Shown here: piece by piece, positions 18,728 through 28,851 of the stretch
How positions within the stretch are numbered: position 1 is the first letter of the stretch
How the letters are laid out: every line of letters starts with the position of its first letter
DNA from: Candidatus Lustribacter sp.
Lineage (GTDB): Bacteria > Vulcanimicrobiota > Vulcanimicrobiia > Vulcanimicrobiales > Vulcanimicrobiaceae
Direction of reading: 5' to 3'
DNA: 64,000 nucleotides
Assembly (NCBI GenBank): GCA_965277805.1
Contig: OZ255842.1
Coordinates: 3,520,001-3,584,000, forward strand
Program-made: the position numbers and the translations under genes
Notes under the pieces: generated by a model
The model's input: only the letters and a program-made list of their open reading frames with translations
Database searches by the model: none
Told to the model about the DNA's origin: nothing

Positions 18728-19723
18728 GTGAGCCTGCGCAACATTCACCTGTCGATCGCGACAACCGATTACGACCATTTCCGGGACTTCCGTACCGGCG
18801 TCGTCAACGCGGAGGGCATCGACCACACCTGGTCGATGCACGGGCACCATGAGGTCTTCGCCCGCTTCACGCTTAACCGCGAGTGGGACGTCAGCGAATT
18901 GTCCTTCGCTAAGTTCGCGGCCCAAGTCAGCCGTGAAGATAGCGACATCATCGGGCTACCGGTGATCTGCTCGCGCCTCTTCCGCTTCAGCTCGTTCTAC
19001 ATCAACAAGAACAGCGGCATCAAGAAAGTCGAAGATCTGCGCGGCAAGAAAATCGGGTCGCCCGAGTGGGCGCATTCGGCCGCCGTATACATGCGCGGTT
19101 GGATGATGAATGACATCGGGATCCCGCTGCAGGACGTGCACTGGTATCAAGCCGGCGCCAACGCCCCCGGCCGCGAGGAGAAAGTCGAGCTCGATCTGCC
19201 CAAGGGCACGAAGCTCACGCGCATCGCCGATAAGTCACTGAGTGAAATGCTGGCGTCGGGCGAGATCGATTGTGCGATCATCGCGCGCCCGCCGACGTGC
19301 TTCCTCGAAGGCCACCCCGATGTCGTGCGCCTCTATCCCGACTATCTCGAGATGGAAGAAGACTACTACAAGCGCACGCACATTTGGCCGATCATGCACA
19401 TCATTGCGATGCAGAAGCACATCCTCGCCGACAACCCGTGGATCGCGCGCAGCCTCTACAACGCGTTCCTCGAATCGAAGCGCCGCAGCATCGAGCGCTT
19501 CATGGATCCGGCCGTTTCGCGCTATCCGCTGGCCTGGCTGCCGACGTACGCGCGCAAGATGCGCGACATCTTCGACGGCGATCCGTTCCCGTTCGGCATC
19601 GATGAAAACCGCACGACGCTCGAAGCGCTCACGCTCTACACGTTCCAGCAAGGGATCGCCCATCGCAAGATGGACCCGGAGGACATGTTTCCCAAAGGGG
19701 TCATGACGAAGGTCATTATTTGA
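18728..19723 (+). CDS. 4,5-dihydroxyphthalate decarboxylase-like protein
   Basis: WDVSELS, SRLFRFSS, WPIMHII, DPFPFGI. Confidence 0.75.
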   Translation: MSLRNIHLSIATTDYDHFRDFRTGVVNAEGIDHTWSMHGHHEVFARFTLNREWDVSELSFAKFAAQVSREDSDIIGLPVICSRLFRFSSFYINKNSGIKKVEDLRGKKIGSPEWAHSAAVYMRGWMMNDIGIPLQDVHWYQAGANAPGREEKVELDLPKGTKLTRIADKSLSEMLASGEIDCAIIARPPTCFLEGHPDVVRLYPDYLEMEEDYYKRTHIWPIMHIIAMQKHILADNPWIARSLYNAFLESKRRSIERFMDPAVSRYPLAWLPTYARKMRDIFDGDPFPFGIDENRTTLEALTLYTFQQGIAHRKMDPEDMFPKGVMTKVII

Positions 19724-20583
19724 TGCGTTTGGCGAGTTTTATCGCTAACGAACACCACAGCTATGGCGCCGTGTGGGATAACGGCGTCACCGATCTGGGC
19801 CAGCGCATCGGCGCAACGTACCCGACCCTGAAAGCCCTGATCGCCGCCGGCGCACCCGGACTCGCTGCGGCGCGCGCCGCCGGCGCCCCCGTCGATCTGC
19901 GACTTGGCGAGATCGAATACGTGCCGCCGGTTCCGGGCACGGAGAAAATCATCTGCGTCGGCATCAATTATCCCGAGCGCGCCGATGAGTACAAAGACGG
20001 TCGCGAAAAACCCAAATACCCGAACCTATTCGTGCGCTTTCCGGGCTCGTTCGTCGGCCACGACATGCCGATCGTGCGCCCCAAGCATTCGGATAAGTTC
20101 GATTACGAGGGCGAGATCGTCATCGTGATCGGCAAGAGCGGACGCAACGTTCCGCGCGAGAAAACGCGAGACATGGTGTTCGGCCTAACGCTCGGAAACG
20201 AAGGCAGCCTGCGCGATTGGATCCGGCACGGCACGCTCAACGTCACGCAGGGCAAGAATTTCGACCGTTCGGGCAGCATCGGTCCGTGGATCGTGCCGGC
20301 CGGCGAGGTTCCGCCGTTTCAACCATTGCACCTCACCACCTACGTGAACGGCGAACTGCGCCAAGACGATACCACCGACCGCCTCACCTGGGATTTCGCG
20401 GAGCTAATCCGCTACATCACGATGTTCGCCACGCTAAACCCGGGCGACCTGATCTTCACCGGCACGCCCGTGGGTGCGGGCGGCCACCAGAAACCGCCGA
20501 AGTGGCTCGTACCCGGTGACGTCGTCGAAGTGTCGGTGCCGCAGATCGGCACCTTGCGCAACGCCGTCATCGACGAAGCCTGA
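19723..20583 (+). CDS. Fumarylacetoacetate hydrolase family protein
   Basis: ICVGINY, FDYEGE, GKNF, TGTPVG. Confidence 0.9.
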   Translation: MRLASFIANEHHSYGAVWDNGVTDLGQRIGATYPTLKALIAAGAPGLAAARAAGAPVDLRLGEIEYVPPVPGTEKIICVGINYPERADEYKDGREKPKYPNLFVRFPGSFVGHDMPIVRPKHSDKFDYEGEIVIVIGKSGRNVPREKTRDMVFGLTLGNEGSLRDWIRHGTLNVTQGKNFDRSGSIGPWIVPAGEVPPFQPLHLTTYVNGELRQDDTTDRLTWDFAELIRYITMFATLNPGDLIFTGTPVGAGGHQKPPKWLVPGDVVEVSVPQIGTLRNAVIDEA

Positions 20584-20618
20584 TCTCTCCTCACCTTCTT
20601 TCCGGAGCACGCATTGTT

Positions 20619-21371
20619 ATGAACGCCGTCGACCAAGCCCTCAACGATCTCATTATCGCCAACCGCATTCTCTCGAATGAAAACGTGGTCGACGCCTACG
20701 GACACATCAGCGTGCGCCACCCCGAGAATCCCAACCGCTACTTCCTCGCACGTTCGCTGGCACCGGATCTCGTGCAAAAGGACGACATCCTCGAGTTCGA
20801 CCTCGAGAGCAACGTCCAAAACGGCGACAAGCGGCCGCCGTATCTGGAACGCTTCATTCACGGCGCCATCTACGAAGCGCGGCCGGAGATCATGTCGGTC
20901 GTGCACGCGCATGCCGAAGAAACGTTGCCGTTCGGGATCACCAAAGACAACAAGACGCCCATCCGGCCGGTCATTCACTCCGGCAGCTTCCTCGGCGCGA
21001 ACATTCCGATCTGGGACATCCACGATCATTTCGGCGACACCAACTTGCTCGTCGGCAACGTCGCGCAAGGCCGCAGTCTCGCGAAACACTTGGGCGACGG
21101 CAACGTCGCGCTGATGGCGTGCCACGGCTTCGCCGCCGCGGGCCGCTCGATTATCGAAGTCGTGCGCATCTCGGTGTACTTGCCGCGTAACGCGCGCGTG
21201 ATGCTCAACGCGCGCCAACTCGGCACCGACCTGCGCTACCTCACCGACGGCGAAATCGCCGCGCGCAACAGCGGCTACAGCCCGTACTCGAGCGAGACGT
21301 GGCGCGCGTGGGAGTACTGGGCGAATCAAGCCGGCGTCGGCAAGATGCTCCACAAACCCGACGGCGTCTAG
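20619..21371 (+). CDS. Class II aldolase/adducin family protein (possible decarboxylase)
   Basis: DAYGHISVR, ERFIHGAIY, VVHAHA, CHG. Confidence 0.85.
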   Translation: MNAVDQALNDLIIANRILSNENVVDAYGHISVRHPENPNRYFLARSLAPDLVQKDDILEFDLESNVQNGDKRPPYLERFIHGAIYEARPEIMSVVHAHAEETLPFGITKDNKTPIRPVIHSGSFLGANIPIWDIHDHFGDTNLLVGNVAQGRSLAKHLGDGNVALMACHGFAAAGRSIIEVVRISVYLPRNARVMLNARQLGTDLRYLTDGEIAARNSGYSPYSSETWRAWEYWANQAGVGKMLHKPDGV

Positions 21372-21377
21372 CGCGCG

Positions 21378-22214
21378 ATGAAACTTGCAAGCTACGTCGC
21401 CGACGGCGTGCCGTCGTTCGGCGCCGTAACCGGCGACGGCGTCGTCACGCTGAACCGCCGCCTCAAACAGCGTTACGCTTCGCTGCGCGAGGCGCTCGCC
21501 GGCGGCGCACTCGACGAAATCCGCGCGGTCGCGAAGAGCGCCGCCCCGGACCGCGATTTCGCCGGACTCGAAATGTTACCGGTGATCCCGCATCCCGGCA
21601 AGACGCTTTGCGTCGGCATCAATTACGGCTCGCACGCCGCCGAGCACGGCGGTGCGAAAGCCAACATCTTCACCAAATTCGATGACGTCCTCATCGGCCA
21701 TAACGGCACCATGATCCGTCCGAAAGCATCCATCCAGTTCGACTACGAAGGCGAGTTGGTCGTCGTCATGGGGCGCGGCGGTCGCGCAATTCCGGCGGCG
21801 AAGGCACTAGAATACGTTGCCGGCTACAGTTGCGGCTGCGACACCTCGGTACGCGACTTCATCGCGGCATCGCTTATTACGGGCAAGAACTTCCCGCAGA
21901 GTTCACCGGTCGGGCCATGGATGGTCACCACCGATGAGATTCCGGATCCCTCGAAGCTCACGTTGATGACACGCCTGAACGGTCAGGAAGTGCAGCGCAC
22001 CGGCGTCGACTTGCTGATCTACGACGTGCCGATGCTCATCGAGTACGTCTCAGCCTTCACGCCGCTGGCTCCGGGTGACATCATCTTCACCGGCACACCC
22101 GAAGGCATCGGCGCCAAACGAAAGCCGCCCCTCTGGATGAAGGACGGCGACGTACTAGAGGTCGAGATCACGAGCATCGGCACCCTAAGCGCGAGAGTAG
22201 CCGACGAACGCTAA
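21378..22214 (+). CDS. Fumarylacetoacetate hydrolase family protein
   Basis: CVGINY, FDYEGEL, TGTPEG. Confidence 0.9.
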   Translation: MKLASYVADGVPSFGAVTGDGVVTLNRRLKQRYASLREALAGGALDEIRAVAKSAAPDRDFAGLEMLPVIPHPGKTLCVGINYGSHAAEHGGAKANIFTKFDDVLIGHNGTMIRPKASIQFDYEGELVVVMGRGGRAIPAAKALEYVAGYSCGCDTSVRDFIAASLITGKNFPQSSPVGPWMVTTDEIPDPSKLTLMTRLNGQEVQRTGVDLLIYDVPMLIEYVSAFTPLAPGDIIFTGTPEGIGAKRKPPLWMKDGDVLEVEITSIGTLSARVADER

Positions 22215-22229
22215 CTTTTTTTGTGGCGG

Positions 22230-23447
22230 TTAGGCTACGATTTGCTCGATCGTGCCGTCGGGCAGTTTGCCCTGGGCGCGGTATTGGCCGATGTGTTTGA
22301 GGACTTCGGAGTCGGTGACGGTGTAGAGCACCGCATCGGTCGCGCCGGTCGCGACGTGCTTGCGCCACGTGAACGGGGGCACGACCATGATGTCGTTGGG
22401 CTTCCAGTCGAAGCGCTCGCCACCGATTTCGCTGTAGCCTTCCCCGTCCATCACCACGATGAACGTGCCGCAGGTTTCGCGCTTATAGCGCAGCTCTTCA
22501 CCCGAACGGATCAGTTGCGCCGAGTAGTTCATCGTCGGGAACACCGCAGCGCCGGTGATCGGGTTGACGAACTGCATGATGATGCCTTCGTATGGATCGC
22601 CCGATTCGACGCGCAGTTTGTCGAGCGTCGCGCGCACGTCTTCACCGCGATAGTGGAACAGCGGCGCGGCCTTCTGTCCCCAGCCGCGCTGATGCGAAAC
22701 GAATGCCGGCTTCAGGCCGCCCGTGCCGTAGAGATTGTGCGAGTAGCCGCACGGAACGGTTTCCAGTTGCGAGGTGGCGCCGGGGCGATTGATATCCTCA
22801 TACGCCTGGTCGACCCACGCGCAGTCGAACATCTCCATCAACGGCCAATCGAGCATGTCGATCCAGATGACGGGCGTCGTGCCTTCGTTGCCGTGATCGT
22901 GCCAGGTGCCGTTGGGCGTCAGGATGAGGTCGCCGCGGCTGGCTTCGCAGCGCTCGCCCTCGATGTTCGTGTAACCGCCGTTGTCGGAAAGAATCGTGCG
23001 GCTGGCGTTGGGGCTATGGATATGCGCCGGCGCGATGTCGCCCGGATTGTAGATCGAGATCGCGCAGCGTATCGTGTTCGTCACTTGCAGACGGCCGCCG
23101 AGACCGGGATTGCAAAGCAGAATGCTCTGACGGTCGGCAAACTCGATCGGCGGAATGTCGGCCTTCGCCGCGATCTGCGAGATGCGGTCGAGGTAGGGAC
23201 CGTAGTCGGCCCACTTCCAGCGATACGGCAGCGCCTTGAGCTGGTTGGTTGCGACGCGGCCGGAGGTCTTCGCACCCGCGCCGCTCGTGTCGGAGAACCA
23301 TGCCTTTTGAGCCGGCGCGTTCATCTCCGTGCGCAGCCAGAAGTTGTGTTCCGCAGCTTCGAGATTGAGCTGCTCCATCAACTCGCGGGCTTTGACGGGA
23401 ACGACCTTGCGGCCGGTTCCCTCTTTCGGATCGATGACGGTGGCCAT
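22230..23447 (-). CDS. Gentisate 1,2-dioxygenase-like bicupin
   Basis: APAHIHSPNASR, LTPNGTWHDH, WIDMLDWPL. Confidence 0.8.
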   Translation of the reverse strand: MATVIDPKEGTGRKVVPVKARELMEQLNLEAAEHNFWLRTEMNAPAQKAWFSDTSGAGAKTSGRVATNQLKALPYRWKWADYGPYLDRISQIAAKADIPPIEFADRQSILLCNPGLGGRLQVTNTIRCAISIYNPGDIAPAHIHSPNASRTILSDNGGYTNIEGERCEASRGDLILTPNGTWHDHGNEGTTPVIWIDMLDWPLMEMFDCAWVDQAYEDINRPGATSQLETVPCGYSHNLYGTGGLKPAFVSHQRGWGQKAAPLFHYRGEDVRATLDKLRVESGDPYEGIIMQFVNPITGAAVFPTMNYSAQLIRSGEELRYKRETCGTFIVVMDGEGYSEIGGERFDWKPNDIMVVPPFTWRKHVATGATDAVLYTVTDSEVLKHIGQYRAQGKLPDGTIEQIVA

Positions 23448-24232
23448 TATTGTGCTCCTTGCATGAACGTTTCGAGTGCGCGGTTGTACTCGTCCGGCCG
23501 GTCGAGGTTCGAAAGGTGCCCGGCGCCCTCCAGCTCGACGATCGTCGACCTGGGGACATCGGCGTGGATCTGACGGGACCCGGCCAGCATTGCATCTTTC
23601 GTTCCCACAATCACCAACACCGGCCGCTTTACCGCGGCCAAGCCGGGCTGATAGTTGAAGTTGGCGAGCGCCCCACAGCAGCCGGCGAACCCGGCGGGCG
23701 GGGTAGAGAGGATCATCTCCCGGACCTTGGGGATGAAGGGTGGCGCCTCAGGGGTGAGGGCGGTCGGGAACCAGCGGGTGAGCGTGGAGTCGACCAGGGC
23801 CGTCATCCCGGACTGCTGGGCGATCGCGATCCGCTCTTCCCACTGCTGGGTTGAGGCCGGCGTCGAGGCCGACGAGCAGTCGCAGGGCGCGACGCCGATG
23901 ACCCGGTCCGGATGCTGCTCGACGAGCCCGAGGGCCGTCATGCCGCCCATCGAGACGCCGGCAAAGTACGCCTTGTCGATCTCGAGCGCATCGAAGAGCC
24001 CGATGACGTCGGCCACCAGCAAATCGAACGTGTACGGCCCGGGCGTGACCTCGGTGCCGCCGTGACCGCGCTGATCGTAGCGCAGCACGCGGTACTTCGA
24101 TTTGAAGTACGCCGCTTGCGCATCCCACATGCCGACGTTCGTCGCAAGCGAATTGCTGAACGCAATCCACGGCGCGCCTTCGGGCCCGTCGACTTCGACG
24201 TTGAACGTAATGCCGTTCGCTTTGATCTTCAT
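23447..24232 (-). CDS. pcaD: 3-oxoadipate enol-lactonase-like alpha/beta hydrolase
   Basis: FSNSLAT, RYDQRGHG, GVSMGG, TRWF, AGHLSN. Confidence 0.7.
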   Translation of the reverse strand: MKIKANGITFNVEVDGPEGAPWIAFSNSLATNVGMWDAQAAYFKSKYRVLRYDQRGHGGTEVTPGPYTFDLLVADVIGLFDALEIDKAYFAGVSMGGMTALGLVEQHPDRVIGVAPCDCSSASTPASTQQWEERIAIAQQSGMTALVDSTLTRWFPTALTPEAPPFIPKVREMILSTPPAGFAGCCGALANFNYQPGLAAVKRPVLVIVGTKDAMLAGSRQIHADVPRSTIVELEGAGHLSNLDRPDEYNRALETFMQGAQ

Positions 24233-24249
24233 TCGTTACCTTAAACGTC

Positions 24250-25029
24250 TCAGCGCGGCAGAAAGTTGAGCAGAAGCGCGAGCAGCCCGCTCGGATTGGT
24301 CGACGGCATGAAATGTCCGGCGTCGATCGCTTCGAAACGCGCGCCCGGAATTTGCGCCGCGATCGCTTCCGACCCCGCGACCGGACGCACGACGTCTTGA
24401 TTACCGCCGACCACCATCGCGGGACACGCGACCTTGCCGAGCGAGCCGCGTTTGTCGGTCGTCGCCAACAGCCGGAACGCGAGCGCGAAGCCGACCGGAT
24501 CGTTGCCCAGATAGCGGCCGCGATAATTTTCGTACGTCTCGCGGTCGGAAAGTTCGGGCGGGTATGAGCGGTCGAGCATCTGCGGCAACACGCCGCGAAT
24601 GCCCTCGCGTTCGGCTTGCGACGCGATTTTCTCGAGCGCTTCAGCGCGTGACGCATCGACGCCGGGCGCCGGATTGCAGAACACGAGCGACGCGACGTTC
24701 TTCGGATCGCGCTCCATGAACAGCAGCGCCTGCATGCTCGAGGCGGCGATCGACACCACGTTATACGGACCGGCAAGTTTCAGTGCACCGAGGAGCGCTT
24801 GCAGATCGTCGACGAGCGTGTCGAGCGTGTATTGCGCGCGCACTTTTTCGGACAATCCGAAACCGCGCTGATCGTAGCGGAAAACGCGATAGTTTTTGGT
24901 CAGCCCGGGGACGACGCCGTCCCAGCTGTCGAGCGTTCCGCCGAGTTCGTGCAGCAAGATCACGACCGGTCCGGCACTGCCCTCGAGCTTGTAGTAGAAA
25001 CTGGTTCCGTTGACTTCAATCCAGGGCAT
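24250..25029 (-). CDS. Alpha/beta hydrolase fold protein with atypical nucleophile elbow
   Basis: LLHELGG, YDQRGFG, DAGHF; VSIAAS in place of GxSxG. Confidence 0.8.
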   Translation of the reverse strand: MPWIEVNGTSFYYKLEGSAGPVVILLHELGGTLDSWDGVVPGLTKNYRVFRYDQRGFGLSEKVRAQYTLDTLVDDLQALLGALKLAGPYNVVSIAASSMQALLFMERDPKNVASLVFCNPAPGVDASRAEALEKIASQAEREGIRGVLPQMLDRSYPPELSDRETYENYRGRYLGNDPVGFALAFRLLATTDKRGSLGKVACPAMVVGGNQDVVRPVAGSEAIAAQIPGARFEAIDAGHFMPSTNPSGLLALLLNFLPR

Positions 25030-25072
25030 AGGCGTACAGGATGGCGATGTGCATTCTCATAAGGTGAATATC

Positions 25073-26023
25073 GTGCTTGCGCGACGGATCGACCTTCATC
25101 ACCACTATTGTTCGCCCGAGTGGTTCGCGTACCTCACCGAACACCACGAAAAGAGCTATCCGTTTCCCGGGAACAAACGGTTGAGCACGTGGTCGGCGGC
25201 TGCGGGCGTCGAGGCGATGGACGAAGCCGGCGTGCAGACCGCGGTGCTTTCGACGACCACGCCGGGCGTCTGGTTCGGCAACGACGCCGATGCGCGGCGA
25301 ATGGCGCGCAACATGAACGACTTCGGCGCCAACATCGTGCGCGAGTATAGGGGACGCTACGGTCTCTTCGGCTGCTTACCGCTGCCCGACATCGAAGCGA
25401 GCCTGCTCGAGATTCCCTACGTGATGGATACGCTGAAGGCCGACGGCATCGGCGTGCTCTCGAGCTATGGCACGAAGTGGCTCGGGGATCCGTCGTTCGG
25501 TCCGGTGTGGAGCGAGCTCAACCGGCGCAAGGCCGTCGTGTTCAGCCACGCGACCGCGCCCGAGTGCTGCCGCACGGTCATGCCGGGATTCGATCCGACC
25601 ACGATCGAGTTCAACACCGATACCGCGCGCACGATCATCAACCTAATCGAAACCGGCACCGCCGAACGCTATCCCGACATCCGCTTCATCTTCTCGCACG
25701 CCGGCGGAACGATCGCCGCGCTTGCCGGCCGCTATTTGGGCACGCAGGTGGCACGCGCGACGCTCGCATCTGATGTGCCGCTTAACACGAAGCTCGGTCA
25801 GCTGCGCCGTTTCTATTACGACACGGCGGGTTCAGCGAACGCCGTCAACATGCAGGCACTCAAGATGATCGTACCGCCGTCGCAAATCGTGCTCGGCACC
25901 GACTTCCCATGGTTTACCCCGGCGACGATTCTGGCCGGCCTCGCCGATGCGGGATTGTCGGCGGATGAACTGCGCGGCATCGACTACGAAAACGCGCTGC
26001 GCATCTTACCCCAATACCGCTGA
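25073..26023 (+). CDS. Amidohydrolase family protein (aromatic acid decarboxylase-like)
   Basis: IDLHHH, SHAGG, YYDTA, LGTDFPW. Confidence 0.85.
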   Translation: MLARRIDLHHHYCSPEWFAYLTEHHEKSYPFPGNKRLSTWSAAAGVEAMDEAGVQTAVLSTTTPGVWFGNDADARRMARNMNDFGANIVREYRGRYGLFGCLPLPDIEASLLEIPYVMDTLKADGIGVLSSYGTKWLGDPSFGPVWSELNRRKAVVFSHATAPECCRTVMPGFDPTTIEFNTDTARTIINLIETGTAERYPDIRFIFSHAGGTIAALAGRYLGTQVARATLASDVPLNTKLGQLRRFYYDTAGSANAVNMQALKMIVPPSQIVLGTDFPWFTPATILAGLADAGLSADELRGIDYENALRILPQYR

Positions 26024-26041
26024 CCGAGGTATACTAGAACA

Positions 26042-27337
26042 ATGCTGACCCATGAAGAAAACGAGCTGCTGTGTCGCGTCGGGCCCGGTACCGCGATGGG
26101 CAAGATGATCCGCAGCTACTGGATCCCGGCGCTGCTGAGCGCCGACTTGGAAGCCGGCGGCGACCCGAAGCGCGTGCGACTGCTGGGCGAGGATCTGGTC
26201 GCGTTCCGCACCCACGATGGACGCGTCGGGCTGCTCGATGAGTTGTGTCCGCATCGGCGCGCGTCGCTCGCGCTCGGGCGAAATGAGAACGGCGCGCTCG
26301 AATGCCTCTATCACGGCTGGCGCGTCGACTGCGCCGGGCGCATCTTGGACGCACCGGTGGAACCCGAAGAATCGACCTTCAAGGATCGCATTCGCGCTAC
26401 GGCCTACTCCGTCTATGAATCCGGCGGCGTCGTCTGGGCCTACATGGGCGAGCCCGGTCAGGAACCGCCTCCGGTCGATCTTCCGTTCACGCAAGTGCCG
26501 CAGGAAAACGTGTTGACGGTGCGCGTGAACATCAACGCCAACTGGGCCCAGGGGCTCGAGGGCGTGATCGATTCATCGCACACGAACCTTTTGCATCGCC
26601 ACGGCGTGCGTCCGAGCGCCGACGTGACGACGACGACGCTCGATACCGGCATCGTTGCCAAGCGGCCGTCGAACGATACGCGCCCGCGCATGGAAGTGCA
26701 AGATACGCCGTATGGTTTTCGCTATGCCGCGATTCGCAAACCGCTCACGAATCCGGAAACGCAGAAGTATGTCCGCGTGTCGCTCTTCATCGCGCCGATC
26801 TTCGCGATGTTTCCCCCGCCGAAGGGCTGGATTTTTCTGCAAGCGTTCACGCCGATCGACGACGAGCACACGATGTTCTTCTTCTGGCAAGTTTCCGAGA
26901 CGGCGCTCGATGAGAAGCGCCGCGCGGAACTGCTCGAATCGATGTGCTTGCGGCCCGGAGTCGAGCTCGACGATGAGTTCCGCCTGAACCGCAACCGTGC
27001 GAACAACTGGCTGCAAGATCGCGGCGCGATGCGGCGCGGCGAAAGCCACACCGGTATGGGCGGCGGCGTGAGTCCGGAAGACATCGCAGTCCAGGAAAGC
27101 ATGGGGCCGATCCTCGACCGTAGCAAGGAACATCTCGGCGTGAGCGACACCGCGGTGATTCGCTTCCGTCGCATGATGCTCGATGCGGTCAAGCAATTCA
27201 CCGAGCGCGGCGCAACGCCGGTGGGCCTGGGCCAATCGATTCCCTACGCGGATTTGCGCGCGGAAGAGCGCATGCTGCCGATCGATGAATCGTGGCATGC
27301 GGTGAGCGCGGCCGGCGTGGAGCCCGTGCCGGCCTAG
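26042..27337 (+). CDS. Rieske non-heme iron oxygenase (phthalate 4,5-dioxygenase/LigXa-like)
   Basis: CPHRRASL..CLYHGW, EGVIDSSHTNLLH, EDIAVQESMG. Confidence 0.88.
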   Translation: MLTHEENELLCRVGPGTAMGKMIRSYWIPALLSADLEAGGDPKRVRLLGEDLVAFRTHDGRVGLLDELCPHRRASLALGRNENGALECLYHGWRVDCAGRILDAPVEPEESTFKDRIRATAYSVYESGGVVWAYMGEPGQEPPPVDLPFTQVPQENVLTVRVNINANWAQGLEGVIDSSHTNLLHRHGVRPSADVTTTTLDTGIVAKRPSNDTRPRMEVQDTPYGFRYAAIRKPLTNPETQKYVRVSLFIAPIFAMFPPPKGWIFLQAFTPIDDEHTMFFFWQVSETALDEKRRAELLESMCLRPGVELDDEFRLNRNRANNWLQDRGAMRRGESHTGMGGGVSPEDIAVQESMGPILDRSKEHLGVSDTAVIRFRRMMLDAVKQFTERGATPVGLGQSIPYADLRAEERMLPIDESWHAVSAAGVEPVPA

Positions 27338-28260
27338 GTCGCGAGCAGCTCCTCGACGGCAACCGCGCGGCTGATCGAGCCGAACTTGAGCCCGGCCGCG
27401 AGCGCGAGGCGGATCGACTGCAGCTGGGCATCCGGCGCGTAGAACGACCGGTGCTGCTTCGCAGCGCGCGCGACATCCTGATGCGTTGCGGTGGCGAGCG
27501 CGGTTGCGGTTTCGGTCGGATGATCGTTGGCCCAGCGCGCGACTTTATATATTGCCGACGTTAGTTGGCGCGCGACGGCGGCATTCTGCTTGAGCCAGGA
27601 CTCCGTTGCAAACCAGACGCTGGTGGCGTAATCGGCTTGGTACGGATTGGCAAAAATGCGCACGGTCGGCGGTAACTCCGAGATGTAGGGTTCACCCATC
27701 GTTGCCGCGGCGATCGTACCGCGCTCGAGCGCCGCGGCCATTGTCGAGTACGGCATCTCCACGAAGTGAATGGTCGTGAGATCGGCTCCGTTAGCGGCGA
27801 GCCACGCCTTCGTCATGACGAACGACATCGACGATTGCAGCGTGACGACCCCGAGCGATGCACCGTTGAGTTCTTTCGCAGTTTTGATCGGCGATGATTG
27901 CGCCACGCAGACATACGACGTCGCTGTTGTAGGCGTGTACACGGCTCCGGTCGCAAAGATGCGGAACGGGATACCGTGAATGACGCCGTTCGCGATCGCG
28001 AGCGGATCGGCAACGCCTGCATCGAGCGCACCGGAGACGACCGCTGCGGCCGTCGCCGTGCTGCTCGAGAACAGGCTGACGTCCAGCGTGATGCCGGTCT
28101 TGAGCGCCGGCTCGGCGGGCGCAAAGAACAGCGGCTCGGCATACGATCCCGACGGTGAGGTTCCAACCCGCAAGCTCGCGGTTTGCGCGCGCAACGGCGA
28201 TGCCGCCGCAGCCAGCGACAGCGCAGCACCAGAAGCGATGATTTCGCGACGCGTGATCAT
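27334..28260 (-). CDS. ABC substrate-binding protein (SsuA/THI5-like) with Tat-like signal
   Basis: MITRREIIASGAAL; FVEMPYSTMAAALERG..EPY. Confidence 0.8.
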   Translation of the reverse strand: MITRREIIASGAALSLAAAASPLRAQTASLRVGTSPSGSYAEPLFFAPAEPALKTGITLDVSLFSSSTATAAAVVSGALDAGVADPLAIANGVIHGIPFRIFATGAVYTPTTATSYVCVAQSSPIKTAKELNGASLGVVTLQSSMSFVMTKAWLAANGADLTTIHFVEMPYSTMAAALERGTIAAATMGEPYISELPPTVRIFANPYQADYATSVWFATESWLKQNAAVARQLTSAIYKVARWANDHPTETATALATATHQDVARAAKQHRSFYAPDAQLQSIRLALAAGLKFGSISRAVAVEELLAT

Positions 28261-28793
28261 TCGGCGGATCCACCTTCCTTTGGAGAGTCGTTGCGCACGG
28301 AGAGAAACGCCATCGCGACCACCATGCCGCCGGCGATGGCCAGCGTCGTGAAGACCGGATTGCGCAGCGGCTTGCGCGTGCCGAGCATTGCGTCCATCGA
28401 GACGTTGCCGTAGTCGGTTCCGACGAGCGATAGCGCGACCGCTGCGTAGAGCATCGGCACTTCCATCGATCCCGGCTGCGCGAAGAAGCCGTACTTCAAC
28501 CGCACGCAGCCTTGAGTGACGATCATGAATGAGATGAGCATCGACGAGCCGGCCGGGCCGCCGAAGCCGAGCGCGATCAGCGCGCCCGTGGCGATTTCCG
28601 TCCAGGCCGCAATTGCGGCATACCTTTCCGGCGGATGGAAGCCGAAGCCGTCCATGATCTTCGCGGCGCCTTGCGGACCGGGCCCGCCGAACCAGCCAAG
28701 AGCTTTTTGCGCACCGTGTGCGGCGATGCCGCCGCCCACCGCGAGTCGCGCGCCGAGAACAGTCAGATCGCGTATCATTTCGTTCTGCTTCAC
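28257..28793 (-). CDS. DoxX family membrane protein
   Basis: AHGAQKALGWFGGPG. Confidence 0.85.
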   Translation of the reverse strand: MKQNEMIRDLTVLGARLAVGGGIAAHGAQKALGWFGGPGPQGAAKIMDGFGFHPPERYAAIAAWTEIATGALIALGFGGPAGSSMLISFMIVTQGCVRLKYGFFAQPGSMEVPMLYAAVALSLVGTDYGNVSMDAMLGTRKPLRNPVFTTLAIAGGMVVAMAFLSVRNDSPKEGGSAE

Positions 28794-28851
28794 TCCCTAT
28801 GGCCAATTACATGCGCAGGCTGCGCTGAAAACCGGCGCTAACGTATCACTC